A DNA stretch of 63,626 nt, filler included, from Dugesia japonica (GCA_001938525.1; 6 parts of 6 records of this genome joined end to end with filler, not necessarily neighbours in it), one strand, 5' to 3'; positions 23,935-37,120 are shown, numbered from the whole stretch's first letter. Program-made: numbers and translations. Notes: generated from the letters alone by a model not told the origin.

Positions 23935-24296
23935 TTACACCTCCTNGAGAGCACCCTGGTCTAACCACTGGGTAGGCTNTTCTGAAATAAAATCAAATAC
24001 AGCGTTGTGATCATTATCATCCCATTGTAACCATGACGCGTTACCTAGTTGGCGGGATAGATCTGCGATGTACTTTTTTAAAAAATCAATCTTATTTTGA
24101 AGGAGTTGTTTCGTTTGTTCCGCGAGATCTCCCTGCTTCTTAACGATGATGCCCAGCCTTTTTATTAGTTTGTTGTGTTGTGCAAGGTGTTTGAGCAAGG
24201 CACGTTCATTCTGGCGTTTGAGATTACGTTCTACTAGAAGTCGCCGAATTAGTCTATGGCAACGCTTTAAACTGTTGGGAAAGATAATTCGTGGCA
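23935..24296 (-). CDS. Cassette ORF5 (copy D)
   Basis: AG|TG CCA CGA; PRIIFPNSLKRCHRLIRRLLVER...KIDFLKKYIADLSRQLGN...QWLD. Confidence 0.8.
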
Positions 24297-24423
24297 CTAA
24301 ACAAGAAACATCATTAAACAATTCATTTCTTTTAAAATAGCTGAAATATTAATTAAGTAAATAATTCGGAAAGAAGAATTTAATTAAAAAAGAAAATCAT
24401 TTACTTAGGAAACCGACAGATAT

Positions 24424-24781
24424 TAAGGTCGTGATGTCTGAATNNNNNNNNNNNNNNNNNNNNNNNNNNNNNNNNNNNNNNNNNNNNNNNNNNNNNNNNN
24501 NNNNNNNNNNNNNNNNNNNNNNNNNNNNNNNNNNNNNNTGACCTCGGTGAAAGACTCTATCTGCGCCTTTCATACTCTCTCCTGGGTGTGTGACGCTTCA
24601 GCCTCCTTCCTAAATGCGGTGCATTTGGTCTTATATCGCTTTACTTTCGCCTCCGCCGAAGCAGTATTGGCCTCCCACCGTCGCTTAGCAAGGTGATAAA
24701 GGTCCCAGGTCATCTCCTGGTCCTCACTAGTCTCACGTACTTTCTTAGTTGGTGCTGAGCGTCTATTTAGTGAAGAATGCA
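24424..24781 (-). pseudogene. Cassette ORF4 (copy D), partly in an N gap
   Basis: AG|TG CAT TCT; HSSLNRRSAPTKKVRETSED...AKVKRYKTKC; stop at 24570; ends ..TSRP* like copy A. Confidence 0.75.
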
Positions 24782-24988
24782 CTGAAAGGAGAGATTATTA
24801 AATTATTAATATATAATGGAAAATCATTTAAAAAGAGTTTCGTATAAAAAATGTAACGGGTGTTATGTAAATTAACGCGTGCGAAAAATCAGACCAAGAA
24901 GTAGTTAAAAACAATCACGAACCGTAATTTTTATTAGCATTAAAATTGACGTCAGGAGCCATCAATGACAATCAAGAGTTATTGTTTT

Positions 24989-25370
24989 CTACAACATCAG
25001 CATTTGCATTACTTCCCATAACGTGTCACCAATGGATGCACTCAATACAGAGAAGGGTGGAAGGTGAGCCGCTGAGACTGGGATCATTGATGGGCCTTCC
25101 CTCCAATCACTGATAGTACTAAACTCCTCGTTTTGAATTGGGGGAAAAGCGGTGACTGTGAAGTAATTCCCGGGACCAATCTGGCCCTGCCCACTCATAA
25201 TAGGCGCGCCGCTCGCCCGCGTCCCATTCTCTTTCATTCTTTGCGTCTTCCTTTGACAAGTTAGTGTAGTCTGTGAACACCCCAGCATTACGGTCAGGGG
25301 GGTTCTTATATCTTTTAAAAATCAACCGGCCGGTACGCCGATCATAAAGGGTTTTCCATTTATAGTCCAT
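24989..25370 (-). pseudogene. Cassette ORF2 (copy D), one frameshift near 25140
   Basis: MDYKWKTLYDRRTGRLIFKRYKNPPDRNAG...WAGPD / WREGPSMIP...LWEV. Confidence 0.78.
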
Positions 25371-25512
25371 CTCACAATCCTGTAATATTATCAAATATAA
25401 AATATCATTAAGAAAAAGAAGTATTTGTTTAATGTGGCCCTTATCAGCATGAACACGTAGAAGCATTTAGTTATTTTTTATTTAAATAAACACGCAAATC
25501 AGATATTTTTAA

Positions 25513-25707
25513 TTAAGCTGGTTCGGNTTCTTTATCTAGATCCACGTCAAACTTTAGCGGGAACAACTCGGCGAAACATTGTAAGCCTGTTTCGTCCGGA
25601 TGTTCGATCTTACCACGAGATAAGATGTGAGCCACTAATTGTCTTAAACGGACTGTTCTACGTTGCCTCCGAATCTGTTTGAGGGTATCTCGTAACTTGG
25701 TTGACAT
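25513..25707 (-). CDS. Cassette ORF1 (copy D)
   Basis: TTTTAG|AAT ATG; EHPDETGLQCFAELFP. Confidence 0.8.
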   Translation of the reverse strand: MSTKLRDTLKQIRRQRRTVRLRQLVAHILSRGKIEHPDETGLQCFAELFPLKFDVDLDKEXEPA

Positions 25708-28700
25708 ATTCTAAAATTAAGATATAAATTAAGGCCTACCTAATTTTAGAATTACTCGGCATGAGATGCAATATCGGCAAAAAGATACTATGCGTGAACA
25801 GCCGGTGCTTGCATTATAATAATTAGTAAGTCGAAATAATAAACAGGTTCTTATATAATTTTAATTGGGAGTGGTATGTCGTGTATGAGCGATCTGTTAG
25901 TCTGATGAGATTAGGAGGATTAATGTTGATACTACTAATGAACCGATCTGGTCATGATTTCATATTGTTAACCGATTCATTATATTATTAAATAAATGGA
26001 AATATCAATAGTAAACGATGATAATGATAAATGAGTAAATACCTATTTGAATTTTAATAAACAATGATCATGTGACCGATCTTTATCTGCGATAAATAAT
26101 AATACTCAAATTTGAGAGAATAAATTCATAATAAGAACATTTTTTTAATAGACATTAACACAATCTCACTAATAGACAGGAGTGACTTGGCTTTAATTTT
26201 TATTTATTGAGATCCAATGACTGGTGGTAATCTCACCGAGTAAAAGTTTCCACAGTTCCGACGAAACTGGCTTATCGAGCATCAAAGTGTCGCTCAAACG
26301 TTAATGAACTAATTATTTTCCCGGGCAACGAAATCGAATTCCTTCATAGATAAACCTTCCAGCTACATAACGTGATTTTCTGTTTTCAAGTATATAATAC
26401 GACTGACAGAGACCGTTGTTAGATTATTTCCCAGTATATGAAGTTATAGAAATGTGCCATAATATCGCGGCTGGATGAATTCCAACGTTATCCACTAAAT
26501 GACCAGAATCAAACCTATTATAAATGATTCTTTTCATTTTTCTACCGGAACATACTCATCGAAAATTTTGCATAAGCTATTGGTTTATGGTATTAATAAA
26601 GTATCGTTATTGTTGTCCTTTTGCAACTCTTATAGCTAAAATGAGTGAGTCAGAGTTTATTCTCGCTTGCGTGTGTGTGTGCAGCCAGGTCACACAATTA
26701 TTAGTCAATTCATTTATCGATTTTGGATTGTCATCGTGTGTTGAGAGTAGAAGTCGTTGTTATCAAATGATGAGATATGTTAGATTATTACTGAACTAGC
26801 TTGTTGGCATATTCTACTAGTTGAGGGTAACAAGTGCTTTATAAGTCGACTGACTTTATCAAAATTTTGTAACAAATATTGGTGGGGATTCCAACAATAA
26901 CTGCTGGTTTTTGTTTAAATTAACGAATGCAGATATTTATATTACAGATAAATAAACTATTAGAGTAATAAGTAGTGACATAAAATTTTATTAATCACAT
27001 AAAAGCCAAGCCTCACCTATCCATAATATGTTAACATAGACAAAATTTGTTATCAATCATATGAATTTTGCAATTACANNNNNNNNNNNNNNNNNNNNNN
27101 NNNNNNNNNNNNNNNNNNNNNNNNNNNNNNNNNNNNNNNNNNNNNNNNNNNNNNNNNNNNNNNNNNNNNNNNNNNNNNNNNNNNNNNTTCAAACGACACT
27201 ATCCTTTTCCTGGTTATCAAAATAATTTTCTTCTGCAGGTGAAAATACACTGATTAATGAAATGCTAGTTAAAATCGTGATCTTAGAATGGTTAATTAAC
27301 GGCTTAGTTTCGCACAGATCTTTCCTTGGAATGTTAATCGTTTTACGTATAGGTATACGAACACAAGTTTATTAATTGACTGATGATTTTATTATATTTT
27401 TGTCTGAATTTTGAAGCCCTTTTATAGCTTTCAAAATGCAACCCGGCATGATCCTCATTGGACAGTTATTTTTATTTCAAATTTCTGTGTTGACTTGAAT
27501 TTCCAAGAATTTTTCATCGTTTTCTGTTACTCTATTTGTGCCTATTTTTGGAGCACCTTGTGACTTTCTTGCCTTTGTTCTATTTTTCTTTTCTGGCCCC
27601 TCATTGGCACATTTTCTCAACCCTTGTAGGGACTTCCCTGATGATGCCACGATTTTCAGGTTGCCAAATACTATTACCCCAGATCTTTTTCTTTCTAGAT
27701 TTTCTTGCTACGGGTTTCTGCGATTATCCTGAGCAGAGATATTCATAGAAAACTGATTTTCGTCTAATTTAAATTTATTTTATTTCAAAATTAATAAATA
27801 TTTTCCCGATAATTAATTATTTTTCAGTAATACTTTTCTTGCCTTTTATTACTAATTTCATAATTTCTTTTGATTATTGTAATTGATGTGGATCAGATTT
27901 GTTGAACCAAGGTATTCATATCCATCTTCTTTGTATTTTGATCTTTTATTCCTTATAATTTAGCCATACTGGTTTTTTAAAATTATTTTTCTTGTGGCTT
28001 TGATGTAATTTTTATAACTCTTCCGTCGTAACTACGTGGTTCTTGATTGACTTTCTTTTCGACCCCCCTTTCTCCATCATTTCTTCGTCTTGGGCCCTTG
28101 GCTTTGTTTTTTCTCTACAGATCGGGTGTTTCACCCCAACAATAATACTAATGAAGAAAATAATAAAAGATGTGAGATAATTACCTAGAACAATAGAAAA
28201 ATNNNNNNNNNNNNNNNNNNNNNNNNNNNNNNNNNNNNNNNNNNNNNNNNNNNNNNNNNNNNNNNNNNNNNNNNNNNNNNNNNNNNNNNNNNNNNNNNNN
28301 NNNNNNNNNNNNNNNNNNNNNNNNNNNNNNNNNNNNNNNNNNNNNNNNNNNNNNNNNNNNNNNNNNNNNNNNNNNNNNNNNNNNNTTTCTGCAATTATAT
28401 AAATTTCATCTGAATATTTAATGTATGTCATTTCTCAAATTGTGTTTTTATTTTATGTATTTTGTGATGAAATTCAATTTTTCACTCCCATTTTCCTATA
28501 GAGATAATATAAAATTTTTTTTTACTGATACTCATTTAATTAACCACTAGACAATTATAATGTGACAAGTTGAGTTAATTCTAAAATAAATAAATATAAA
28601 TTACAAAGTCTAGAAATACAGGTCAAATTGTGTGTTTAGATACTAAAATTCTAAAGTTTGAAAATAAGTAATGGGTTNNNNNNNNNNNNNNNNNNNNNNN

Positions 28701-29169
28701 NNNNNNNNNNNNNNNNNNNNNNNNNNNNNCTACATTTTTATAAAATAATTTTTTTTTAGTTATTTGGAATCATTATGGGATCGGTCTTGATTATATTATT
28801 GAAAAAAGATGTTAAATATCGAATAAATTATCATGAACCAATGTGAAAATAATTATTGCGATATAATTTAATTTAGTTATATTTTAATTTTAACGAGTGC
28901 CTTTTATATGAAGACTAATATTTTCCATAAATTTTTATATGATTAGTAAACGACTAAGCGTCTTTTGTGCTGCATATATATTATGCAAAATACTTTTTAT
29001 TAAATAAATATCAAGTTATGAATTTTGATATATCTCACTTGTTTTTAAGATTTTTTTTGAATGAATATAAATCTTTTGTCGTTCTTTTTTGTTTGAACTT
29101 TCAATTTAAATTTAATTATAAAACTAAAGTTCTAAACATTTTTTTATTTACGAGTATTAAGTAAATCTG

Positions 29170-29660
29170 CTGAGGAATTAGTAATATTTTGAACATTTTG
29201 TTTTGAAATATTTTGTGGAATCAGAAGGTGCAACATTATTGTCTTCCAACAGCATTAATTTAGATAGTATTCCTGAAGTGCCTGATTTAAGAGTTACAAT
29301 CTTTAAGAGTTGTAATCTAATTCCATGATTAATTTTTGAAGAAGCAATTTCAATTGGATTAAACATAAAATAATATTGTGAATATGCAAAATTAAATTGT
29401 GAAATTATTTTATCAATATCTATGTAAATCTTGCCATTATCTAAAAAATACAAGTCTTGGAATTTTCCAAAACCATTTCGTTTATTAAATATGTGCACAA
29501 TTTACTATGATCACGGAATAGAATATTGTGTTGCTCCTGCTCCTTGTTTTGACTTTGCAAAAGATCTCTAAAGGACAGTCAATAAAAACTTACATTAATT
29601 ATTAGTTGGGGAAAACAACACTTAAGAATAATACAGCAATCACAAAAAACAGTCAAATGT
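29170..29660 (-). pseudogene. Degraded spliced gene of unknown function
   Basis: GTAAGT..CCTTTAG intron of about 26 nt near 29568-29593, followed by a coding-like frame with stops; no family recognised. Confidence 0.3.
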
Positions 29661-29702
29661 CTAATAATCAGATCAAAGCAATATAAAACAATCAATATAT
29701 AA

Positions 29703-31025
29703 CAGGGGTGGCCAAATCGTCAACCGCGTAACTATTCCTAATATCCAGCCTGTCTAATATGTACACATATCTGATGCCCACCAACACAGAGTTAGCTACA
29801 AGGACAACGGGATACAACCGCGAAGTTATCCGATTATCGAGACAGTTTCTCTCTAAAACCATGCGGCTTTGCTGAAAGTATTATCATTGATTTTGTATTG
29901 AATTGATTAAAATTTATTTAAAAAGTTTTTTTGAAAAGGATTTTTTTCTGAAACCATTAAAATTTGTTTAAATATTATAATAACGTTATTACAATTTAAA
30001 TNNNNNNNNNNNNNNNNNNNNNNNNNNNNNNNNNNNNNNNNNNNNNNNNNNNNNNNNNNNNNNNNNNNNNNNNNNNNNNNNNNNNNNNNNNNNNNNNNNA
30101 TCTATTTTTGTTTAATTCTTTCACCCGACTACAAATTCTAAGAAGCCAAAAAATATGTCACTAATGATGAATTGGAACAGGATTTTTTTCATGATTTAAA
30201 AGGAAAAAGGTATTTGCGTTATTTGTCTTTCAAGCGTAGAAAGAAAGGAAATAAAAAAGCTTAAATAATTCTTTTAATCGAGGGGAATGTAAGGATTAAA
30301 AATCGAAAANNNNNNNNNNNNNNNNNNNNNNNNNNNNNNNAAAAAATTTCAAGAATTTTTTAAAATATTTAAAATGTTTGTTTAAATATTCAGTTTTTAA
30401 AAACATAGATTTTTTCAAATTTAAAGATTTGAAATTTTGTGTTATAAATAAAAAATTTTTGAATTTAATGGACTTTTCAGAAAGTTTATCAGTAACTNNN
30501 NNNNNNNNNNNNNNNNNNNNNNNNNNNNNNNNNNNNNNNNNNNNNNNTTTTCAGAAAGTTTATCAGTAACTAACAGCACCGAATTACGGAAAGAAAAGTA
30601 CAACAATTAAGACACAATTAAATAAACAGTAATTTCTTGCAAGATTAAGTACGAAGTCAGAAATAGCTACGATGGTCTCATTTAACGTAGCCGAAATTTT
30701 ATTGAAACATAAGAAGCCANTTAAATACGGCAAAATATGGAAGTAAACTTTCATTTAAAGAAGAGAAAATATTATTTCAAAAATATAACAATAAATGTGA
30801 AATAATTTCATTAATTAAAGAAATGTTTCTATCCAGAAACACCGTTATGCGTAGAGCAGAATCGATAAGTAAATATTTAGAAGACATATTGAAAGAAAAT
30901 ATTAACGAATACATGTTCTTATTCTTACAATTCGACGAATTAACGTATGTCACTGCTACTGCCAAGTTATGTATATTTATTTGAATTTGTTTTGGAGATA
31001 TGTCTGTTAAAGAAGAACTGCTAAC
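29703..31025 (+). mobile_element. hAT (SPIN/Buster-like) transposon remnant
   Basis: Terminus CAGGGGTGGCCAAA; LSRNTVMRR..LQFDELTYVTATAKLCIFI..VKEELL. Confidence 0.85.
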
Positions 31026-31319
31026 AATTTTACTCAGGAAGAAACNNNNNNNNNNNNNNNNNNNNNNNNNNNNNNNNNNNNNNNNNNNNTTAATTAATTA
31101 ANNNNNNNNNNNNNNNNNNNNNNNNNNNNNNNNNNNNNNNNNNNNAAGTTTATTATTGATCTAAAAAAAGCAGATGGAAATTTAAAATTAATTTTTCAAT
31201 ATGCAAGTAAAATTGATAAAAAAAAATACATAAAATGGGCATATTAATACAATACCTTCTAATCCTTTCAATTGCTATAAAGTTAGATGTTTCAAAAATG
31301 AAAAGATTATTGAACATAT

Positions 31320-31416
31320 ACTGAAATACAATTACAAGTATTGTGAGAATAATTATTGGACTTAACTATTGATCTCATTTGAGGTTTCATTAAAATATTA
31401 GCTTCAATCAAAATGT
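31320..31416. repeat. Dispersed repeat shared with 34416-34515, 61508-61600 and 61927-62129
   Basis: G(T/C)GAGAATAATT(A/G)TT(G/T)GACTTAAC..GATCAAAAT motif; family carries a hammerhead-like core. Confidence 0.7.
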
Positions 31417-32958
31417 NNNNNNNNNNNNNNNNNNNNNNNNNNNNNNNNNNNNNNNNNNNNNNNNNNNNNNNNNNNNNNNNNNNNNNNNNNNNNNNNNNNN
31501 NNNNNNNNNNNNNNNNNNNNNNNNNNNNNNNNNNNNNNNNNNNNNNNNNNNNNNNNNNNNNNNNNNNNNNNNNNNNNNNNNNNNNNNNNNNNNNNNNNNN
31601 NNNNNNNNNNNNNNNNNNNNNNNNNNNNNNNNNNNNNNNNNNNNNNNNNNNNNNNNNNNNNNNNNNNNNNNNNNNNNNNNNNNNNNNNNNNNAATTGAAA
31701 AAGGATTTCAAATTAATTTTAGAAAATTAATTTAAAAATATGGACAATCCAATATATTTAAATAACGAAAATATATTAAATCTATGGTGGTACTTACTCT
31801 ACCAGTAACTATCTGTCTACATCATTCATATAAAATTAAGATTGATCAATACGTTTTTTGTATTAAGATTTTTACTGATAAATTTTTGTTGTGGCTTTTA
31901 AATTGATTTTAAAACATAAAGTTTAAGTATAGACTTTTGAAAGAATCAATCAATTTTATAATTTAACATATTTTAACTTAATATAAGCCACTTCAAATGT
32001 TGAACATTATTTACACAGAAAAAGAACGTAAAACAAAATCAATTTCTCCCAAAATTCTAAATTTAAAAAAAAAACGATACCTATATTTCATAATGATGGG
32101 AAAAATTATTTTCTTAAAGAATCATGCATTTTCTTTGCAACAAAATAAAGTTTTATTAATTCAGAAATATAATTATCACTATTGTTTCTAGTTATGCCAA
32201 TAAAAAATTGTTATTTAAAAATTTCCGGAGCTGAGAATTATTCAACAATAAAACATAAAAAATAAAACTTATTAAATTAGGACAAGTTTTCCTTTCGTAT
32301 ATAATTTAATCGGTATAATAAAACTCTAGTTCAGAAAGAATATGAAATTTGGGTTATAAAGAATATTAAGTTAGAAAAAGTAAAAAACTATTTTCAAATA
32401 TCGAAAAAAATAATTTTAAACAAAAATCTTGACGCGAAAACTTTTTAAAGTTTTCTTGTATTTTTATCTTTATTGTTCCTTAGAAATTATTCCAAATTGT
32501 TGGTAATGAACAATTGATATGAAAACTTTTCAGATATTTTCGAAAACAAATAGAATTAAATAAGTAGAGTTATTATAATTTCGGCATATTAATCAAGAAA
32601 AGAATCAAGTAAATTAACATTATTGACAATTTTAAATAACTGATATAAATTATTAATTCAATTTATCAATGAAATAAGATAAATTTATTTCACATATTCA
32701 ATTCAAATTGCTGCTAAATTACTGCTATTATAAAACAAATGAATACATCGGAAAAATTATTTTATTAAAAATATTATTTAAAAAACATAAATTATGATTC
32801 GAGAAATTTTTATTTATTCATAAAAATTAGTTTGTAACATCAAAGAAAATTTAAAAAATATTCAACTTGTGTTTTAGTAAATTAAAGTCTAATATATATA
32901 TGGTTACGATATTTGAAATTACAATTTTGATGAAAATTTTTATCACTAATTTTTATAA

Positions 32959-33179
32959 ATGAATGAAGCTAGATTTGTTGTTCATCGAACAAGTGAAGTA
33001 ATACATTCAGATAATGATCTTAATTCCGTTGCAGCTGAAAAAGCAGCTCATTACGGTTAGTGTTAAATTAAATCAAATAAATCATAATATTAATTCTGTT
33101 TTTTTGAAATTTATTTTAATTTTAGTAAGATTTTTAAATTGATTTAATTAATTAGTAGCGGAAACAAAAGTTGAAAATA
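32959..33179 (+). CDS. First two exons of an unidentified host gene (97-nt exon plus 24-nt microexon)
   Basis: MNEARFVVHRTSE...HY|GTTAG..TAG|VAETKVEN|GTAAGT with frame preserved; RFxV start recalls SLC12/KCC transporters but is not diagnostic. Confidence 0.45.
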
Positions 33180-34415
33180 GTAAGTATGAAATGGATTTAT
33201 TTTAAAGTAGAGTAATATTGCATGTGATTAAATTATGATTGCTCACACTGGGACAATATTTTACAATAGAAATTAGATTTATAATTCTGTTTTTTCTTAC
33301 TAAATTAAGTAATATAAAATTTGTGATGTTATTGGATAAAAATTATTTGATTAAATTAGCGCATGAAATTTTCTCTACTTATTAATTTTGAAAATTTTGT
33401 AAATAAAGTAACTGTTAATTATGTATACGTGTCTTCCGTTGAAGTAATTCCTTCTTAAAATCTACATGTAATTAAAATCACAATAACAAGTGAAATTAAA
33501 TCTATTATTTTAATATGATAGGATATATTACAGAAGAAACACATGATAATTGTAAATTTATTTTCTTACTTTCAATTTTTATTGGTTCTCAGTTTGTTTA
33601 CTTTTAAATTTGTATACAAAAATTCAACAAAAATAGTTGTGCAATATTTTATATTTAGAATTTATTTGCATTGTTTAATAATAATAAAATATATTTTTGA
33701 AAATTATCCGATTTCTATTAGAAATTTGTCTTGACATTTAAAACACCGTGCTTGTCATGTTAATGTACTTCGTATAGTAAAAAATGGAATTAAAATTTTA
33801 TTATTATGGTTCATTTAAGTCTGATTGATATGTATTTATTCAACGTATTTTTCTTTATTAAAATACAGGAATGATTTTATGCTATTTTTATTTTCAAAAA
33901 AAAAATGAAATTCACTGCTATTTTATCACTAAATTTTATTTATATTCGATTTTAATGAAATTCATTTTGATTAGCACATTATTGATTTTAAAAATATTTA
34001 AAATTGCGAATTCTATAAAAAAAATAATTATTCCTTAATATTTTATATTTTTATTTGTATTTTATTAAATATATTATTACTCTTAATAAATGAAATCTTG
34101 ATTTTTTTTTCAATTTTTAATACAATATATTTTGGGATATTATTTTGGTAGCTTGTAGCATTGATATAATATTTGAAAGGTAAAGTATTTTTNNNNNNNN
34201 NNNNNNNNNNNNNNNNNNNNNNNNNNNNNNNNNNNNNNNNNNNNNNNNNNNNNNNNNNNNNNNNGTGTCATTTATAAATAGGAAATTTTGAAATTTTAGT
34301 AAAAATTTTTCAAAGAACTAACAGAAATATTATTTAAAAAGCGATTAGTTCAAATGTTTTAACTGCTGAACTGATAAAATATGGAGATAAATGTCTATAC
34401 AAAGCAGATAAAAGT

Positions 34416-34452
34416 CAATTTCTGACGAAAACAAGGTCGAAATATCGAATTG
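34416..34452 (+). ncRNA. Minimal type I hammerhead ribozyme motif
   Basis: CAATTT-CTGACGA-A-AAC AAG GTC-GAAA-TA-TC-GAATTG; 6-bp stem I, palindromic AUAU stem III, one stem II mismatch. Confidence 0.6.
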
Positions 34453-34755
34453 TTATCAAATATCAATAAAAAACAAAAATTTTGATCGAAGCTTTTATTT
34501 TAAATGAAAGCAGATTTATCAAATAAAATTTTATTTTTCATAAATAAAATTTTTCAAGTATTTATTTTAAAAGTATTTATTATTAATGAAAATATTTATT
34601 GAAAATTTGGTTAAAGAATACATTTACGTTGATGAAAAAGTACTTTAAATTTATCAACAATAAACTGTCAAAACATTTTATTATTATTATTATTATTATT
34701 ATTATNNNNNNNNNNNNNNNNNNNNNNNNNNNNNNNNNNNNNNNNNNNNNNNNNN

Positions 34756-34820
<65 letters not shown>

Positions 34821-35129
34821 TATTAATTGAGTAATAATTGTTGTTCAATTATTAGTAGATCATATATATTAGTGTTTACTTATGACTCACCAATAAGATA
34901 TATGAAAGAAATATTTGGTTGATATAAGAAAATTTGAAACGATTTAATTTCATATTTTTTATTAGATTTGAAATTCATGTTATTTATGTACAAAACATTG
35001 TCAGTCATGTCTAATATGAATGTAACTATTTATTTATAATTATTTTAATTACTTTAATTTACAATTCTATATGCATCGTTCTTCATAATAACTAATTAAA
35101 TAAAATAAATACTTATTTAAAAAACAGTT

Positions 35130-35760
35130 TTGTAATTCCGAAACTTTTGTAAATCGACTTATAATATTAAAACGATCACTTAAATATTCATAACTCTCTG
35201 CTCTTTCCAAACGTTTTGCATCTTTAAAGCGATTCTATTCTTCTAGATCTTATTCATGTCGGAATTTAGATTTCTATTTGATGTGCTATTATAAATCTGT
35301 TACTTTGATATGGTCCTTCATATAACAGCCCGCTTTTTTTGACTGTGTGGTTTTACTTGCACTAATAACCATTGTCCTCTCTTAAATTATCTTTTACCCT
35401 GTTTCTTTCTCACTACATTTCTCTTTTATTGATGTCATAATCATATCCCTCAATGATCGGATCATTCGTTCTATTAAACCGTTGGCCTGGTGTTGATGCG
35501 GGTAACTGAATTCCTGTACAATTACAATTCTTCCTGGCTTCTTTCTTATCACTTGACTTTCAAACCCTTTTCTTCTGTCCGTCAGAATGGTCATTGGTTT
35601 CCAAAAATGGTATGACCATTTGTTTAGAATAACCTCAAAGATAGTTTTTTCATTCATCTTTGCAATACAGTTAACGCAGGATACCCATCAAACACTCAGT
35701 GGTCTATGTAAATGGATGTGTATGGATCAATAAATATATAATGCCCTTCTACATCATTTG
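35130..35760 (-). mobile_element. Ty3/gypsy integrase remnant
   Basis: KPMTILTDRRKGFES..SYPHQHQANGLIERMIRSLRDMI. Confidence 0.8.
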
Positions 35761-36514
35761 GTTGTAAAAACGCATTATATTGTTGCATGTAAAATATGAA
35801 GTAACTCACTGAAATGCTCGGACAACCTAAAGGAGTTATNTCCCACATTATTGAATCCAAACATGTATGTTAATGAAACCAATATATACAGGGTGTTACA
35901 CAGATATGTATTCCCACTTGAAAATCATTAAAATTGTTGATGCGTCTTATTGGCGACACCTTATATATTTCTGTCATTTTGCAGGATGAAATTTCATTAT
36001 TACTTTACTGTATAAACTTGATGTATAGCTTGTTTATAATTTATTTACAGGAAAAGTAAACCAATTTTAGGCCAAACAATATGGTTTTTATTATATTTAC
36101 TTGCAATTCTGACTTAAAAATTGATTAACAAGTTGGTTTTGTCATTCCATTTTAATTGATTTTTTTTAATTTATGATTTTCGTAGTACTAAGTTTAAAAT
36201 AATCAATTAATTCAATTTTAACTTTTAATCAGCAAAACAAAATATTATTTTTACTATATGAATATTATGAAAATTTTAAAATCAGCCAATATGATAGAAA
36301 TTCTCAAAAGAAATGAACATTATTAATTTACTATTTGGATTTTTCGAAATGAAAATATTATGTATAGGAACGAAGTAATAATTTTATTAAAGTCAATCAA
36401 TATGAAGTGAAAAATAACAATATCAATTATATTATTTCGATATTTAGTATAATTAATATATTCTTATCAGCCTTATGAAAAACTAATAAAATAATTATTT
36501 GAAAAATAAATTAA

Positions 36515-37120
36515 AAAAAATAACGCCTTTTAAAGTAAAAATTTTTTTGTGATATATTTCGACNNNNNNNNNNNNNNNNNNNNNNNNNNNNNNNNNNNNN
36601 NNNNNNNNNNNNNTGTATTATTCAAATAAACTTATTATACTGAATATTAAATGCATTTAAAAATTCAAAATTTTTAAAAAATGAAATTTAATGAAATTAA
36701 GAACCTATATAAGGCTAATAAAAAATTTTGAATCCAAAATTTTCTTTATAAATTTAGTCGAAAGAGTTACATGTACATTAATGTTATGATTATGAAATAT
36801 AATTACCAACGCCTCATACAACACTCTGATTTTATATTAAAAGTTTTTAAAATTTTATTTTTAAATTTAGGTTTTATTATTTTTATAATTAATTTTTTAT
36901 TTTTAATTTCATAAAATTTCATTTTTACATTTTTTAAAAAAAATTTAAAAATCTTGAATTTCTTTAACCATTAAATATTCAGGACAATTGCTTAAATCTT
37001 TGTTTGAATAGTGTATACTGAATAATCTCATATTTTTCATTGTGTGTTGATGATGACGAATGTTGATCTGTCGAAATATATCAAAAAAGAAATTATATTA
37101 AGTGACGTTATTTATTTTTA
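36515..37120. repeat. Diverged inverted repeat with degenerate hammerhead-like cores
   Basis: GATATATTTCGAC at about 36550 versus GTCGAAATATATC at about 37070; arms extend about 230-280 bp. Confidence 0.5.

Larger units (their letters stand above)
23683..28141 (-). mobile_element. Cassette element copy D, complete (4459 bp), 9-bp terminal inverted repeat, 4-bp TSD
   Basis: ATAA|TGTTGGGGT ... ACCCCAACA|ATAA; promoter about 27420-27607; ORF1, ORF2, ORF4 and ORF5 on the minus strand; no transposase or integrase ORF. Confidence 0.9.

Noticed and set aside
35886-35965. Tiny Tc1-like inverted ends (TACAGGGTGT..ACACCTTATA)
   Set aside because: Too short and degenerate to call confidently; at most an internally deleted MITE
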